Counted from the first letter of the stretch, positions 35,605 through 44,332 are shown. The stretch: DNA of 64,000 nt from Actinomycetota bacterium (GCA_030645615.1 JAUSNB010000035.1:96987-160986), one strand, 5' to 3'. Notes: generated from the letters alone by a model not told the origin. Numbers and translations: made by a program.

Positions 35605-35958
35605 TCATGCGTTCCTCTTCTCCCGGGACTCCTTGGCGCGCTTTGCTGCCTTCTCCTTCCGTGCCAGGACGACCTCCCTCGGCTGGTTCCACTGCAGGTA
35701 GTCATGGATCTCGTACACCGCCGGCTTGCCCTCCCCGATCGCGATCGGCTTCCACAGTCCCCGCTCGACCAGCTCGGCCAGGGCCGCGGGCCGGTACTTG
35801 CGGACCAGTGTCGGGATCGCGTCCGTCTCGATGAGGCCGTCGGTCAGCTGTCGGGAGCAGTAGGCGATGCCGCAGAAGTGGAGGCGGAAGGCGGCGTCGG
35901 TCAGGCCGGCGACCTTGCGGTGCTCGGGGAACTGGTCGTCGATCGTTACCCAGGCCAT
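35605..35958 (-). CDS. RepA-like replication initiator, N-terminal domain only
   Basis: WVTIDDQFPEHRKV, LTDGLI, LVERGLW, YEIHDYLQWN; ends at 117 aa. Confidence 0.75.
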   Translation of the reverse strand: MAWVTIDDQFPEHRKVAGLTDAAFRLHFCGIAYCSRQLTDGLIETDAIPTLVRKYRPAALAELVERGLWKPIAIGEGKPAVYEIHDYLQWNQPREVVLARKEKAAKRAKESREKRNA

Positions 35959-36344
35959 CAGTGGGTGGCTCCTTCGAGCTGGTAGGTGAAGGGGATGGTG
36001 ATGGGGTGCTTGGTGTCGGCGATGAGGAGCCACCAGGCGCCGTTGGCGTCCATGAACGGGGTTCGCTCGGGGTCGTCGCCGGTGCGCAGGGCCAGGCCGC
36101 GCTGGTACGCCCAGGCGGGGTGGTGCTCGACGCGTCCGTGGCATTCCGTGGTCCCGGATCCGCACAGGGCGAGGAGGTTCGGGGGTTCACCGAGCCACGC
36201 CTGCCGGCTGCCGCCCATCCCGCGGGCGTCACGATGCTGCACCGAGTAGCCCCACGGGCCGTCCAGGGCCGCGTAGCAGTGCTCGCAGTGCCAGCCGGCC
36301 CGGGTGAGCACGATCTCCCGCACAGCGGGCGTCACGGCCGTCAT
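35958..36344 (-). CDS. HNH endonuclease
   Basis: CEHC, QHRDARGMGG, NLLALCGSGTTECH. Confidence 0.85.
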   Translation of the reverse strand: MTAVTPAVREIVLTRAGWHCEHCYAALDGPWGYSVQHRDARGMGGSRQAWLGEPPNLLALCGSGTTECHGRVEHHPAWAYQRGLALRTGDDPERTPFMDANGAWWLLIADTKHPITIPFTYQLEGATH

Positions 36345-36595
36345 GCGGGGTCGCCTTGCTGTCCGAGGAGGCCGCGCAGGGTGTTCGCATGGGTCTCGAC
36401 CATGCCGAGCGCCTTCCAGACGGGCAGGCCTGGGGAGCGGATCTCGTGGAGCCAGGGATCAGCGTCGGGGTCGACCATCTCGATGGTGACGCACCATGCG
36501 GTGATCATCACGCCGGCGTCTGCGTCGCTGTGGGCGGCGAACGCATCAGCCAGCCCCTTGGCGATCGCGTCCTGCAACGGAGTCGGCTCAGCCAT
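36341..36595 (-). CDS. Hypothetical phage protein
   Basis: MAEPTP...ITAWCV...WKALGM; coupled ORF. Confidence 0.6.
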   Translation of the reverse strand: MAEPTPLQDAIAKGLADAFAAHSDADAGVMITAWCVTIEMVDPDADPWLHEIRSPGLPVWKALGMVETHANTLRGLLGQQGDPA

Positions 36596-36678
36596 CACAG
36601 CCCTCCCAACTTCCATCCGATGACAACCCCGCCCAGAGTGCAGACGACCGCGAGGAGGTACCAAGCGCAGCGGTCCAT
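36595..36678 (-). CDS. 27-aa membrane peptide
   Basis: MDRCAWYLLAVVCTLGGVVIGWKLGGL; TGATG overlaps on both sides. Confidence 0.5.
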   Translation of the reverse strand: MDRCAWYLLAVVCTLGGVVIGWKLGGL

Positions 36679-37025
36679 CACGCACCGCCGTTCGCGAGCT
36701 CGAGGAGGACGTCGGAGTGGCATGGGACGTCGAGGGGGCACCAGCAGGCCAGGTCACGGCCCGCCAGGGTGCGGTGCACGTAGTCGACGAAGGACTCGCC
36801 GGGTTCAATGTCGGCAGGGGTGATGTCGGTTGGCCAGATGCCATTGAGCACCTCAGCGCGGTACCTGCTCACCATCCACTGCTGTCGCCGTTCGATGGGG
36901 ATCTGCCAGGAACGGGCGTCGGCGAGGGTCCACGGGTTGCCGAACGGGGTCGGCCGGCCGACGTACACCGCACCATCGGGCATGCGCCAGCCCTTGGTGC
37001 GCTTCCGCTGGATCCGCTCAGCCAT
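36678..37025 (-). CDS. DUF4326-family protein
   Basis: RIQRKRTKGWRMP..AVYVGRPT.FGNPW, LAGRDLACWCP...CHSDVL. Confidence 0.9.
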   Translation of the reverse strand: MAERIQRKRTKGWRMPDGAVYVGRPTPFGNPWTLADARSWQIPIERRQQWMVSRYRAEVLNGIWPTDITPADIEPGESFVDYVHRTLAGRDLACWCPLDVPCHSDVLLELANGGA

Positions 37026-37392
37026 GCTGCCCACCCCCAGCAGCGGCGTAGTGGAAGGCGTAGCCGTAACTCAGCCACTCGCAATCGACGGGATGCCGCC
37101 CGGCCCTCGGGGGGTCCAGATGATCCGTGACCTCATCGGACTCGAACCACGGCGCGACGGTGCAGGAAACGGGCCTCATCAGATGCCCCCCGGAGTGCTC
37201 GTCGCACTCCTCGGTGCAGTCGAGGTGCCACGCTTCGTCGACGCGCATCGTCACGACCCACTCCTCGCAGTCGCACTCGAAACGGCAGTCAGCGTCGGCG
37301 GGTGCCACGCACTCGAATACGAACTCGCCTGACGGCTCCTCGGGGTCGCTGCCGGGGTCCGGGGTGTAGGTGACGTAGTGGTTGCTCATCAC
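37018..37392 (-). CDS. Cys-rich hypothetical phage protein
   Basis: Coupled ORF; FECVAPADADCR. Confidence 0.6.
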   Translation of the reverse strand: MMSNHYVTYTPDPGSDPEEPSGEFVFECVAPADADCRFECDCEEWVVTMRVDEAWHLDCTEECDEHSGGHLMRPVSCTVAPWFESDEVTDHLDPPRAGRHPVDCEWLSYGYAFHYAAAGGGQHG

Positions 37393-37817
37393 CCACCCCG
37401 TCCTCGGTAGCGGTCCACGGCCTCAGCGCAGAGCCACCCGTAGTGGCCTTGGCGGCAGGTGACGGATGGGAGGTTCAGGTCACGGCCACAGGTCGGGCAT
37501 TCACTGTCGCCACCAAGGGTCTCCTTGATCTGCTTTACGTACCTGGTGGCCCGGGGACCTGCTTCGGGGTCGTGGTTGCACACCACGGGACCGGCGTAAC
37601 CACGGTCGTCGCACAGCACGCACCTGGCGATGGCGTCACGGCGGGCCCGGAGGTCGTCGTCGCGTTCCTGCCGGACACGGTCGGCCTCCCGCATGCGTGC
37701 GGTTGCGAGCCAGTCCGCGTGCTCCTGGCGTGCATCCCCGCACTCGCCGCACGGGAAGGTCGTCGGTTCCTCGAGGTGCGCGGTGCAGCGCGTCGGTGGG
37801 GCGTCGACGGTGTTCAC
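37389..37817 (-). CDS. Zn-binding protein resembling the C-terminal domain of actinophage RepA
   Basis: PPTRCTAH...PCGECGDAR...AIARCVLCDDRGY...VCNH. Confidence 0.6.
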   Translation of the reverse strand: MNTVDAPPTRCTAHLEEPTTFPCGECGDARQEHADWLATARMREADRVRQERDDDLRARRDAIARCVLCDDRGYAGPVVCNHDPEAGPRATRYVKQIKETLGGDSECPTCGRDLNLPSVTCRQGHYGWLCAEAVDRYRGRGG

Positions 37818-38050
37818 GACCGCCTCCGATGCTGCGCGGCGAACTCGCAGGTCGCGAAGTGGGAGCGCCAGGCGGGACGGTCAGTCACAGGCCCGGCATG
37901 AACGACCGCCAACGGCTCCACAGCCGGGCTGGTAGCGGGCTCCGGGGTGACGTTGCCCTCCGGGTGGGGTTCGGGGTCAAGGGGCATGCGGTGGCCCTTG
38001 CTGGTGCGGACCCAGCGGATCTGTGCCCCGCATGAGCGGCACGTGTTCAC
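37814..38050 (-). CDS. Small Zn-finger phage protein
   Basis: TCRSCGAQIRW..T..G.RMPLD...SHFATC. Confidence 0.75.
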   Translation of the reverse strand: MNTCRSCGAQIRWVRTSKGHRMPLDPEPHPEGNVTPEPATSPAVEPLAVVHAGPVTDRPAWRSHFATCEFAAQHRRRS

Positions 38051-38313
38051 GGTGTCCCCCCGCCGTCGATGAGGCCGAAGGCGTCGAAGTCCAGCCGGCG
38101 TGGAGAGTCCAGCCTCCACTCGCCCAGTTCGCCGCCATCCAGCGCAATCGAGAACGGGCACTCACGGAGGTCAGCGAAGGTGTCGAGGCACTGCTGGCTG
38201 TGAAGGATGTAGAACCGTTCCTCGCTGGATACGGCCCTGCCGAAGTGCGCGGCCGGGTGGCGCTGCACGCCGACGATCCCCTCGATACGGTCGGAAGGCA
38301 CAAGGTCACTCAT
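38047..38313 (-). CDS. Hypothetical phage protein
   Basis: IEGIVGVQRH...YILHSQQC...ECPFSIALD. Confidence 0.6.
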   Translation of the reverse strand: MSDLVPSDRIEGIVGVQRHPAAHFGRAVSSEERFYILHSQQCLDTFADLRECPFSIALDGGELGEWRLDSPRRLDFDAFGLIDGGGTP

Positions 38314-38489
38314 CCGCACGTACACCTCGCAATCGCTCTACGGCAGCCAGCGCACCGCAACGTCATTCCGTCGCTGTCCCAGGCACCGACATAGGTCCGC
38401 CAGCGCCTGCAACGGCAGCGGGGTAGGGCTCCTCGACTGGTCAACTCATCGACCAGTTCGCCCGTCGTGAATCCGGAGAGGTTGCTCAC
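38310..38489 (-). CDS. Small Cys-rich protein
   Basis: RCRC...LRCAGC...RCTC. Confidence 0.55.
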   Translation of the reverse strand: MSNLSGFTTGELVDELTSRGALPRCRCRRWRTYVGAWDSDGMTLRCAGCRRAIARCTCG

Positions 38490-38692
38490 GGTGTCCCCCC
38501 GGTGGCGGCGGGGTGGGTGACATGCCAGGCGCGGCAGGAAGGGCACCAGTCCATGCGGGGGTCGAAGCGGCCTGTGCGGCGCGGGTTGGGGGTGCCGGCG
38601 TCGAGGCGGTTCAACTCCATCCGCGCGGCGATCGCGTTACGGAACGGCCTGCGCGGGCACGGGTCCGGGGTCGCTACGGCTGTGGTCGTCAT
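38486..38692 (-). CDS. Small Zn-finger-like protein
   Basis: CPRRPF...WCPSCRAWHVT. Confidence 0.6.
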   Translation of the reverse strand: MTTTAVATPDPCPRRPFRNAIAARMELNRLDAGTPNPRRTGRFDPRMDWCPSCRAWHVTHPAATGGTP

Positions 38693-39213
38693 GACGCCAC
38701 CCGGAAGTCGACGGACGGGTCCTCTGGCCGCGCCTCGGGTGGCTTCGCGAGGATGCTGCGACCCGTCGCCGCGATGACAGCGAGGTCGAGACGGTCGACG
38801 TAGTCCTCGACGACGCCCCGCTGATCCTCGAGGACCCGCAGCTGGACCCGGTTGCCGATCCCGATCAGTTCACTGGTGAGGGTGATGAGCCGGTCGAGGT
38901 GCTGCTCGAGCTGGACGGCGGTGTTCCGGGCCCGGTTCCGCTCCAGCAGCGCCTGCGCGTTCTCCTCCCACGCCGCGAGCAGGTCCTGCAGGTGGCGGGC
39001 GTGGGCAGCCTGCGTGACGCGCAGCCGTGACGCGTGCTCGGCGGTGGTCAGGTCCCGGGCCTCGATCTCCACGGACGCCCAGTTGATGTACGCGGTGAAC
39101 TCCCGATCGCAGTCGATGAGCTGGGAGAGGCAGTCGGCACTGCGAGCCTGCGCGCGGGCTGCGATGCGCCACGGTGAGCGTTGGTCCCACCAGGCTCGGA
39201 GGCGGGTGTTCAT
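38689..39213 (-). CDS. Coiled-coil hypothetical protein
   Basis: ERNRARNTAVQLEQ; coupled ORF. Confidence 0.6.
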   Translation of the reverse strand: MNTRLRAWWDQRSPWRIAARAQARSADCLSQLIDCDREFTAYINWASVEIEARDLTTAEHASRLRVTQAAHARHLQDLLAAWEENAQALLERNRARNTAVQLEQHLDRLITLTSELIGIGNRVQLRVLEDQRGVVEDYVDRLDLAVIAATGRSILAKPPEARPEDPSVDFRVAS

Positions 39214-40919
39214 GCGGCTGCTCCTGTGAGGGTGGCAGCGACCGCGTGGATGAGGTCGCGTGCGGCGGGTGGGGTGACGGCGTTGCCGGCCATGCGGACC
39301 TGCTCGCGGCGGTTGCCGAGGATCACGTACTCGGCGGGGAACGCCATGGCGCCCTTGCATTCGGATGGCTCCAGCATGCGGAACAGGACGTCGTCGACCT
39401 GCGCGGCCGCGGCGTCGATGTCCCCAGGGGTGAGGAGGGACTGGTGGCCGGCCGTGGTGATCGTCCGGGCGACCTCGAAGGCGGGGGTGCTCATCTGTCC
39501 CTGGTCCCCGCGAGCGGTGTTGTTCCGCATGAGCAGTGCATGCCGGTCAGCGGTCGTCACCGTGGGCAATGCCAGGTCGGTCGGCTGGGCGCCGTCGTTG
39601 GACCCGTAGTACGACGTGACGAGCGGCGGCGTGAGCAGTGCCTTCGACGTGTCGTTCGCGGTGATCGTGGAGAGCGGGTCGCTCAGTTCGCGCACGCGGT
39701 ACTCATGGCGGCGGTCGAGGATGAACGGCGGGAACACGACGGCGTCGTTGTCCGCGGTCGTGCGGGTGTGGATCGGCTCGCTCAACGGCCGGGAGCGGTC
39801 GTCCCACGTTCCCCCGGCGGGGACCACGAACCCGGTCTCCAGCCGTGTCGTCTGCGTGCGCAGCGGGTCCGTCATCGGCTTCGGCTGCTTCCCGTCACGT
39901 CCTTCGACGGGGATGGCGAGGGCCTTCGACTCGATCGTGTGGAGGGTGCGGAGCACGTCACTGACGGGCCAGGTGCGGTAGTAGGAGTTCGGGTTGCCGA
40001 ACTGCGCGTGCTTGGGGTCCGCGGCGTCGTAGGTGTTGCCGGCGGCCTCCAGGTGGATCGGTGACCAGTAGCGGGCGATCCCCGCGGTGATGCGGCGGCG
40101 GGTCTTCTCCGCCAGCGGCTTGGCACGGTCACCGATCCGCTGGCCGCGCAGGGTCCAGTCGATGATCGAGGCGGCAGGCAGCCAGCCAGGCTCAACGATG
40201 CTGTTCCGGCAGGCCACGTTGGGACACCTGTAGGCGTACTGCGACCTGTAGCGGCCCACCCCGCGGCCGCCGGGCTTCTTCCACGACTGGACCGACGCGA
40301 CGACCTCGTCGCAGCCCGGGCAGTACGCCAGGGGGCGCTGCATCGCGGCCAGGTCCGGGCGGGTGTTCCCTTTGCGGTGGAAAACGACGTACAGCCGGTC
40401 CCGGGACTGCGGTGCGGGCATCCCCGCGGCCTGGGCGTGCATCGAGTTCAGCGACACGAGCTGGTGGTCGTACCCGAGGGAGTCCATCGCCATCAGCCAG
40501 GCGGGGAACGGCAGCCAGTCGGCGACCTCGACGACGTTCTCGACGATGATCGCCTGGTAGCGGTGGTGCTCGGTGAACCGGACGACGTCCCACATGGTGG
40601 CCCGTGACCTTTCGGCGGCCTCGTCGGGCAGCCGCTCGTCGAACAGGTCGCCCTGCGCCGACTGGTTGCGGCGTCCCTTGGCGCGGGAGTGGTTCGTGCA
40701 CTCCGGGCTGGCCCAGAGCAGGTCCGACGTGGGGAAGTAGCGCGGGTCGGTGTTGGAGATGTCCGCGCAGATGTGGTCCGCGTCCGGGTGGTTCGTGTTG
40801 TGCGTCTCGACCGCGAGGTCCCAATGGTTCGACGCGACCCGGACCTCGATGCCGGGGACCTGTATCGCGCCGGTCGACGAGCCGCCCGCGCCGCAGAACA
40901 GGTCCGTGATGGTCAGCAT
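39210..40919 (-). CDS. DNA (cytosine-5) methyltransferase, orphan
   Basis: DLFCGAGG, ASPECTNHS, ENV, QSRDR, GNAVTPP. Confidence 0.93.
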   Translation of the reverse strand: MLTITDLFCGAGGSSTGAIQVPGIEVRVASNHWDLAVETHNTNHPDADHICADISNTDPRYFPTSDLLWASPECTNHSRAKGRRNQSAQGDLFDERLPDEAAERSRATMWDVVRFTEHHRYQAIIVENVVEVADWLPFPAWLMAMDSLGYDHQLVSLNSMHAQAAGMPAPQSRDRLYVVFHRKGNTRPDLAAMQRPLAYCPGCDEVVASVQSWKKPGGRGVGRYRSQYAYRCPNVACRNSIVEPGWLPAASIIDWTLRGQRIGDRAKPLAEKTRRRITAGIARYWSPIHLEAAGNTYDAADPKHAQFGNPNSYYRTWPVSDVLRTLHTIESKALAIPVEGRDGKQPKPMTDPLRTQTTRLETGFVVPAGGTWDDRSRPLSEPIHTRTTADNDAVVFPPFILDRRHEYRVRELSDPLSTITANDTSKALLTPPLVTSYYGSNDGAQPTDLALPTVTTADRHALLMRNNTARGDQGQMSTPAFEVARTITTAGHQSLLTPGDIDAAAAQVDDVLFRMLEPSECKGAMAFPAEYVILGNRREQVRMAGNAVTPPAARDLIHAVAATLTGAAA

Positions 40920-41040
40920 GCTGAGGGCTCCTCTTGCGGGTCGATGACGTCGTGGATGGTCAGGGCGGTACCGGCTGAGGGGTCGATGCCGCCGTTGTGC
41001 GGGAACGGGTCCGGATCGATCACCGGCTCGAGGTCGTCGG

Positions 41041-41376
41041 TCATGGAGTCCGCCAGATGTACTGACGACACGGGCGGCCCGCATTTCGGCCGCGCACGTC
41101 ATTCGAGATCAGCCAGCCGTCCTGGACCAGGACACCGGCTGCGACAAGGGCGTGGACCGTGGCGCCGATGACTTTCGGGTAGACCCAGGTCGGGATGAGC
41201 GGGCGCCATGTGTTGCCGCTCGTCCTACCGGTGTAGTCGACGGATGCGCGGATCGCGTCGACGATCGCCTCTCGGTCCCGCTGGTGGACAACGTCCCCAG
41301 CGATCAGGGCGAGGATCGCGTCCTTCTCCGGATCCGGGGTCCACGTCCCCAGGAGGTCGAGCTGGGTGGCGCTCAT
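41041..41376 (-). CDS. Hypothetical phage protein (winged-helix-like)
   Basis: SGNTWR...IGATV..L...GVL...GRNAGRP. Confidence 0.6.
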   Translation of the reverse strand: MSATQLDLLGTWTPDPEKDAILALIAGDVVHQRDREAIVDAIRASVDYTGRTSGNTWRPLIPTWVYPKVIGATVHALVAAGVLVQDGWLISNDVRGRNAGRPCRQYIWRTP

Positions 41377-41605
41377 GCGGTCCTCCCGGGGTGGTTCGCG
41401 GACGCGCACACGAGGCCGGCGGGCATGCGCTGGTGGGCGGTCTCGTGGTTGCACCACGGGCACCAGGCGACGACGAGGGGCTCCAGCGCGCACGTGAGAT
41501 GTGAGAAGCCGCTGTCGGCGACGTGCATGGGTCGCCAGCGGCGATGGGGAACGGGCAGGCGGTGCACTCCACCCGCGACGTCGCACGGACCAGGTCGACG
41601 CTCAT
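41373..41605 (-). pseudogene. Small Zn-binding gene with apparent 1-nt frameshift near 41530
   Basis: ECTACPFPIAAGDP continues in a different frame as MHVADSGFSHLTC. Confidence 0.5.
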
Positions 41606-42513
41606 GCGGCGTTCCCCTTGTGCGTGTTGTGGAACGCGATGTCAGCCCCTTGTGCCTTCGCGAGGTACAGCGTCTTCGACAGCGCGGCGTGGGTGACCCC
41701 GAGCCGATCCGCTGCGAGGCGGACATCGCCCTGGTGGTGGTCCCGGGTGTCGAGGAAGTCCTCGACCAGCTCGAGGCGGGACCGCTTCACGGGGTCGGCC
41801 AGTGCGCCCGCAGGTTGCGTGCCCGGGTCGTCGATGGTGTCGTCGTCCCACCACGCGGGAACGAGCCAACCCCTCCGGGTGGCGTCGTTGCGTGCCCGCT
41901 TCGACGGGCCGGGGACGGTGGACAGTTCCGAGTACAGCTCGACGACCTGACGGCGGGTGCCCTCGCGTACCTGCGCCTGCTCCCCCCGCATGAGGCCGGT
42001 GAAGTTGGCCGGATGGAAGCCCAGGCGCCGGGCCAAGGAGGCCTGTGACCAGCCGAGGGCGACGAGTGCCTGCAGCCTCCGGGTGGTCCCCGTGGCGCCG
42101 ACCTTCGCCCCATCCGCAGGCTGGGGCCGGACGGCGAGGATGCGGTCGGCAACATCCCGGGTGACGCGCCTGCGCGGCGGGCGATGCTCGACAGGGTTGC
42201 GGCCGCGCTTGCCGTAGACGATCCCGGACAGGGTGCCGTGCCCTATCCCGCCTGTCATCGCGACGGTCTTCAGCCCCATGTCCTGCGAGGCGAGCCAGCG
42301 AAGGTGCTCACGGACGGGCTCGGCCGCGACGAGGCGGGAGTAGGACGGGTCGAACGCGGCGGCTGCGTTGCGGCGGGCCCGCTGCCTCTCGTAGGCCGCG
42401 CGGGCGGCCCGGCATGGCGTGCACCGGCACTTGTCGAGCACGTAGGCCGGGTAGGTGCCGTGCTGGTGGTTCGCTCGGGGATGCGTGCAGTCGCGCACCT
42501 GGCCGCCGGTCAT
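41602..42513 (-). CDS. HTH DNA-binding phage protein
   Basis: HGTYPAY..DKCRCTPC, VREHL, GTTRRLQALVALGWS, WDDDTIDDP. Confidence 0.8.
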   Translation of the reverse strand: MTGGQVRDCTHPRANHQHGTYPAYVLDKCRCTPCRAARAAYERQRARRNAAAAFDPSYSRLVAAEPVREHLRWLASQDMGLKTVAMTGGIGHGTLSGIVYGKRGRNPVEHRPPRRRVTRDVADRILAVRPQPADGAKVGATGTTRRLQALVALGWSQASLARRLGFHPANFTGLMRGEQAQVREGTRRQVVELYSELSTVPGPSKRARNDATRRGWLVPAWWDDDTIDDPGTQPAGALADPVKRSRLELVEDFLDTRDHHQGDVRLAADRLGVTHAALSKTLYLAKAQGADIAFHNTHKGNAA

Positions 42514-42767
42514 TCGGGGCCCTCCTGAGTCATCGCCAGCTCATACGCCTCACGCACGCCCAGGGGGATGCGTCCGTGGTCCTCCAGGTCCGGATGCCCG
42601 TTCCTGCGCGCCCAGGTACGCAGAGACGGCGGCGCGAAGTGGACCTCGTCGGCCGGGGTCGACGGATGCGCGGTCGCCACGTGGACGTCGAGGGCAGGCT
42701 TCCCACCCGGACCGCTCGCGCCACACGCAGCGCAGTCGAACGTCTCCGGGCTCACGAACGCGTTCAT
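42510..42767 (-). CDS. Zn-finger + Lsr2-like DNA-binding domain protein
   Basis: CAAC...H...H; LRTWARRNG...HGRIP...EAY. Confidence 0.7.
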   Translation of the reverse strand: MNAFVSPETFDCAACGASGPGGKPALDVHVATAHPSTPADEVHFAPPSLRTWARRNGHPDLEDHGRIPLGVREAYELAMTQEGPE

Positions 42768-42946
42768 GGCCGGGCCCCGCTCACCGTCGTGGCCTGGGTG
42801 TGGGCGAACGCCGCGACGCATGCCCAGCCGCACAGGTGGAGGACGCGCGGGCTCGCGGCCTGGCATGGGACCTGGATCCAGTTGTCCACGTCCAGGCCGA
42901 AGGAGAACTCCTCGCAGCCGGGGCCGTCGCAGTGCAGGGCGATCAC
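42764..42946 (-). CDS. Small Cys-rich protein
   Basis: HCDGPGC...W...HLCGWAC. Confidence 0.6.
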   Translation of the reverse strand: MIALHCDGPGCEEFSFGLDVDNWIQVPCQAASPRVLHLCGWACVAAFAHTQATTVSGARP

Positions 42947-43200
42947 GAACCCGCCTCCACTGGGACGCGGATCCACGCGCGGGCCTGCTGGTGCCACACC
43001 CAACGGCCGTCCTCGTCAGGTGCCGGGAGGCCGTAGGCGAACCCGACCCGGGTCGTGCCGCTGTCCGGGTCGTGCGTCGCTTCCACGGCGGTGAGGTAGT
43101 CACCGACAGTCGTGGGGCCGACGGGCTGCCCGACCATGTGGGTCACGTCGCCCGGGTAGGTGACCCATCGGGACGCGGGACGGTTCATGACATCGGTCAT
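42943..43200 (-). CDS. Hypothetical phage protein
   Basis: TYPGDV...GP...DP...TTRVGF. Confidence 0.55.
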   Translation of the reverse strand: MTDVMNRPASRWVTYPGDVTHMVGQPVGPTTVGDYLTAVEATHDPDSGTTRVGFAYGLPAPDEDGRWVWHQQARAWIRVPVEAGS

Positions 43201-43697
43201 CAGGGCCTCAATCCGTTGCAGGTATGTCCGGACCAGTGGCGCCATTCGCCGTCCTCGAGGACCTCGGCGAACGCGATGCGCTGGTAGACCTCGGGGTACT
43301 TGTGGATGTAGTGGACCTTCGACAGGTACAGGCGCACGGTTCGCGCGACCTTCGCCGGCATCCCGAACTGGATGAGCCGCTCCCGCACGATGAAGGGCGC
43401 GCCGTGCCGCCAGTCGGGCATGAACTGCACCAGGCCCGCCGCGCCGGAGCCCTCGTGGTTGAGGACGCTGGGATTGCCGTGCGACTCACGGCGGATCACG
43501 CAGGCCGCGAACGCCTCCCAGCCCCGCGGAGGCAGCGACGCCAGGGCGACGAGCCGGGAGTAGGCACCACGGTTCGGACGCTGCACGGACCACTCGCGCG
43601 CGTCTGACGTTGTCTCGCCGGGCCCGTCGGTGGAGGCAGTCACGACGGGCCCGGCGAGCAAGGATGCCGCCGTGAGGGCGGACGCGATGAGCAGCAT
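43200..43697 (-). CDS. Secreted lysozyme-fold transglycosylase (Rpf/SLT-like)
   Basis: Signal peptide; CVIRRESHGN...SGAAGLVQF; C-terminal W..W...C. Confidence 0.75.
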   Translation of the reverse strand: MLLIASALTAASLLAGPVVTASTDGPGETTSDAREWSVQRPNRGAYSRLVALASLPPRGWEAFAACVIRRESHGNPSVLNHEGSGAAGLVQFMPDWRHGAPFIVRERLIQFGMPAKVARTVRLYLSKVHYIHKYPEVYQRIAFAEVLEDGEWRHWSGHTCNGLRP

Positions 43698-43775
43698 CTA
43701 GTGGCCCTTCCCGATCCAGGCGCACAGGGCGATGAACCCGGCGACGAGGGCGATGGCGACCAGGCCGAGGATCAT
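43698..43775 (-). CDS. 25-aa membrane peptide
   Basis: MILGLVAIALVAGFIALCAWIGKGH; coupled at both ends. Confidence 0.5.
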   Translation of the reverse strand: MILGLVAIALVAGFIALCAWIGKGH

Positions 43776-44332
43776 GAGGCGGCCGCCGGGGTGAAGGCGG
43801 CCATGTGCTTGCGGTAGTGCGCGAGCTCGGCGATCGAGTCGTGCAGGTCTCCGAGGGCGCGGTGGTTGCCGGTCGGGGTGGGGCGGGAGGCGAACACGTC
43901 GGGTGCCCAGCGGCTCGCGAGTTCCTTGACAGTGGAGACGTCGACGTTGCGGTGGGTGAGGGCGAAGCCGAGGCCTGGCATGTTCTGGCGGAGCACGGCC
44001 CGGTCGAAGTGGACCGAAGACCCGGCGAGTGGCACGCGGCCGTCGAGGTTCTCGGCGACGTAGGCGACGATCCACGCCTCGGCTTCGGCCAGGGGACAGC
44101 CGCCGGGCAGCGCGTCATACAGCCCTGAGCCCCAGTGCATCTGCCAGACGTCCTCGTCGAGCCTGTTGAGGACCTCCCATGATTCGGGCCGGATCACGCA
44201 CGAGACCGGTGTGCCGACGATGTTGAGATCGGCGTCGGTGATGATGCAGGCCACCTCGAGGAGCGCGTCGTGCTCGGGGTCGAGTCCAGTCGTCTCGGTG
44301 TCGATCCACACCAGCGAGCCATGGGCGGTCAT
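43772..44332 (-). CDS. orn: Oligoribonuclease (phage-encoded)
   Basis: LVWIDTETTGLD, LAGSSVHFDR, RNVDVSTVKELA, HRALGDLHDSI.EL..Y. Confidence 0.92.
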   Translation of the reverse strand: MTAHGSLVWIDTETTGLDPEHDALLEVACIITDADLNIVGTPVSCVIRPESWEVLNRLDEDVWQMHWGSGLYDALPGGCPLAEAEAWIVAYVAENLDGRVPLAGSSVHFDRAVLRQNMPGLGFALTHRNVDVSTVKELASRWAPDVFASRPTPTGNHRALGDLHDSIAELAHYRKHMAAFTPAAAS

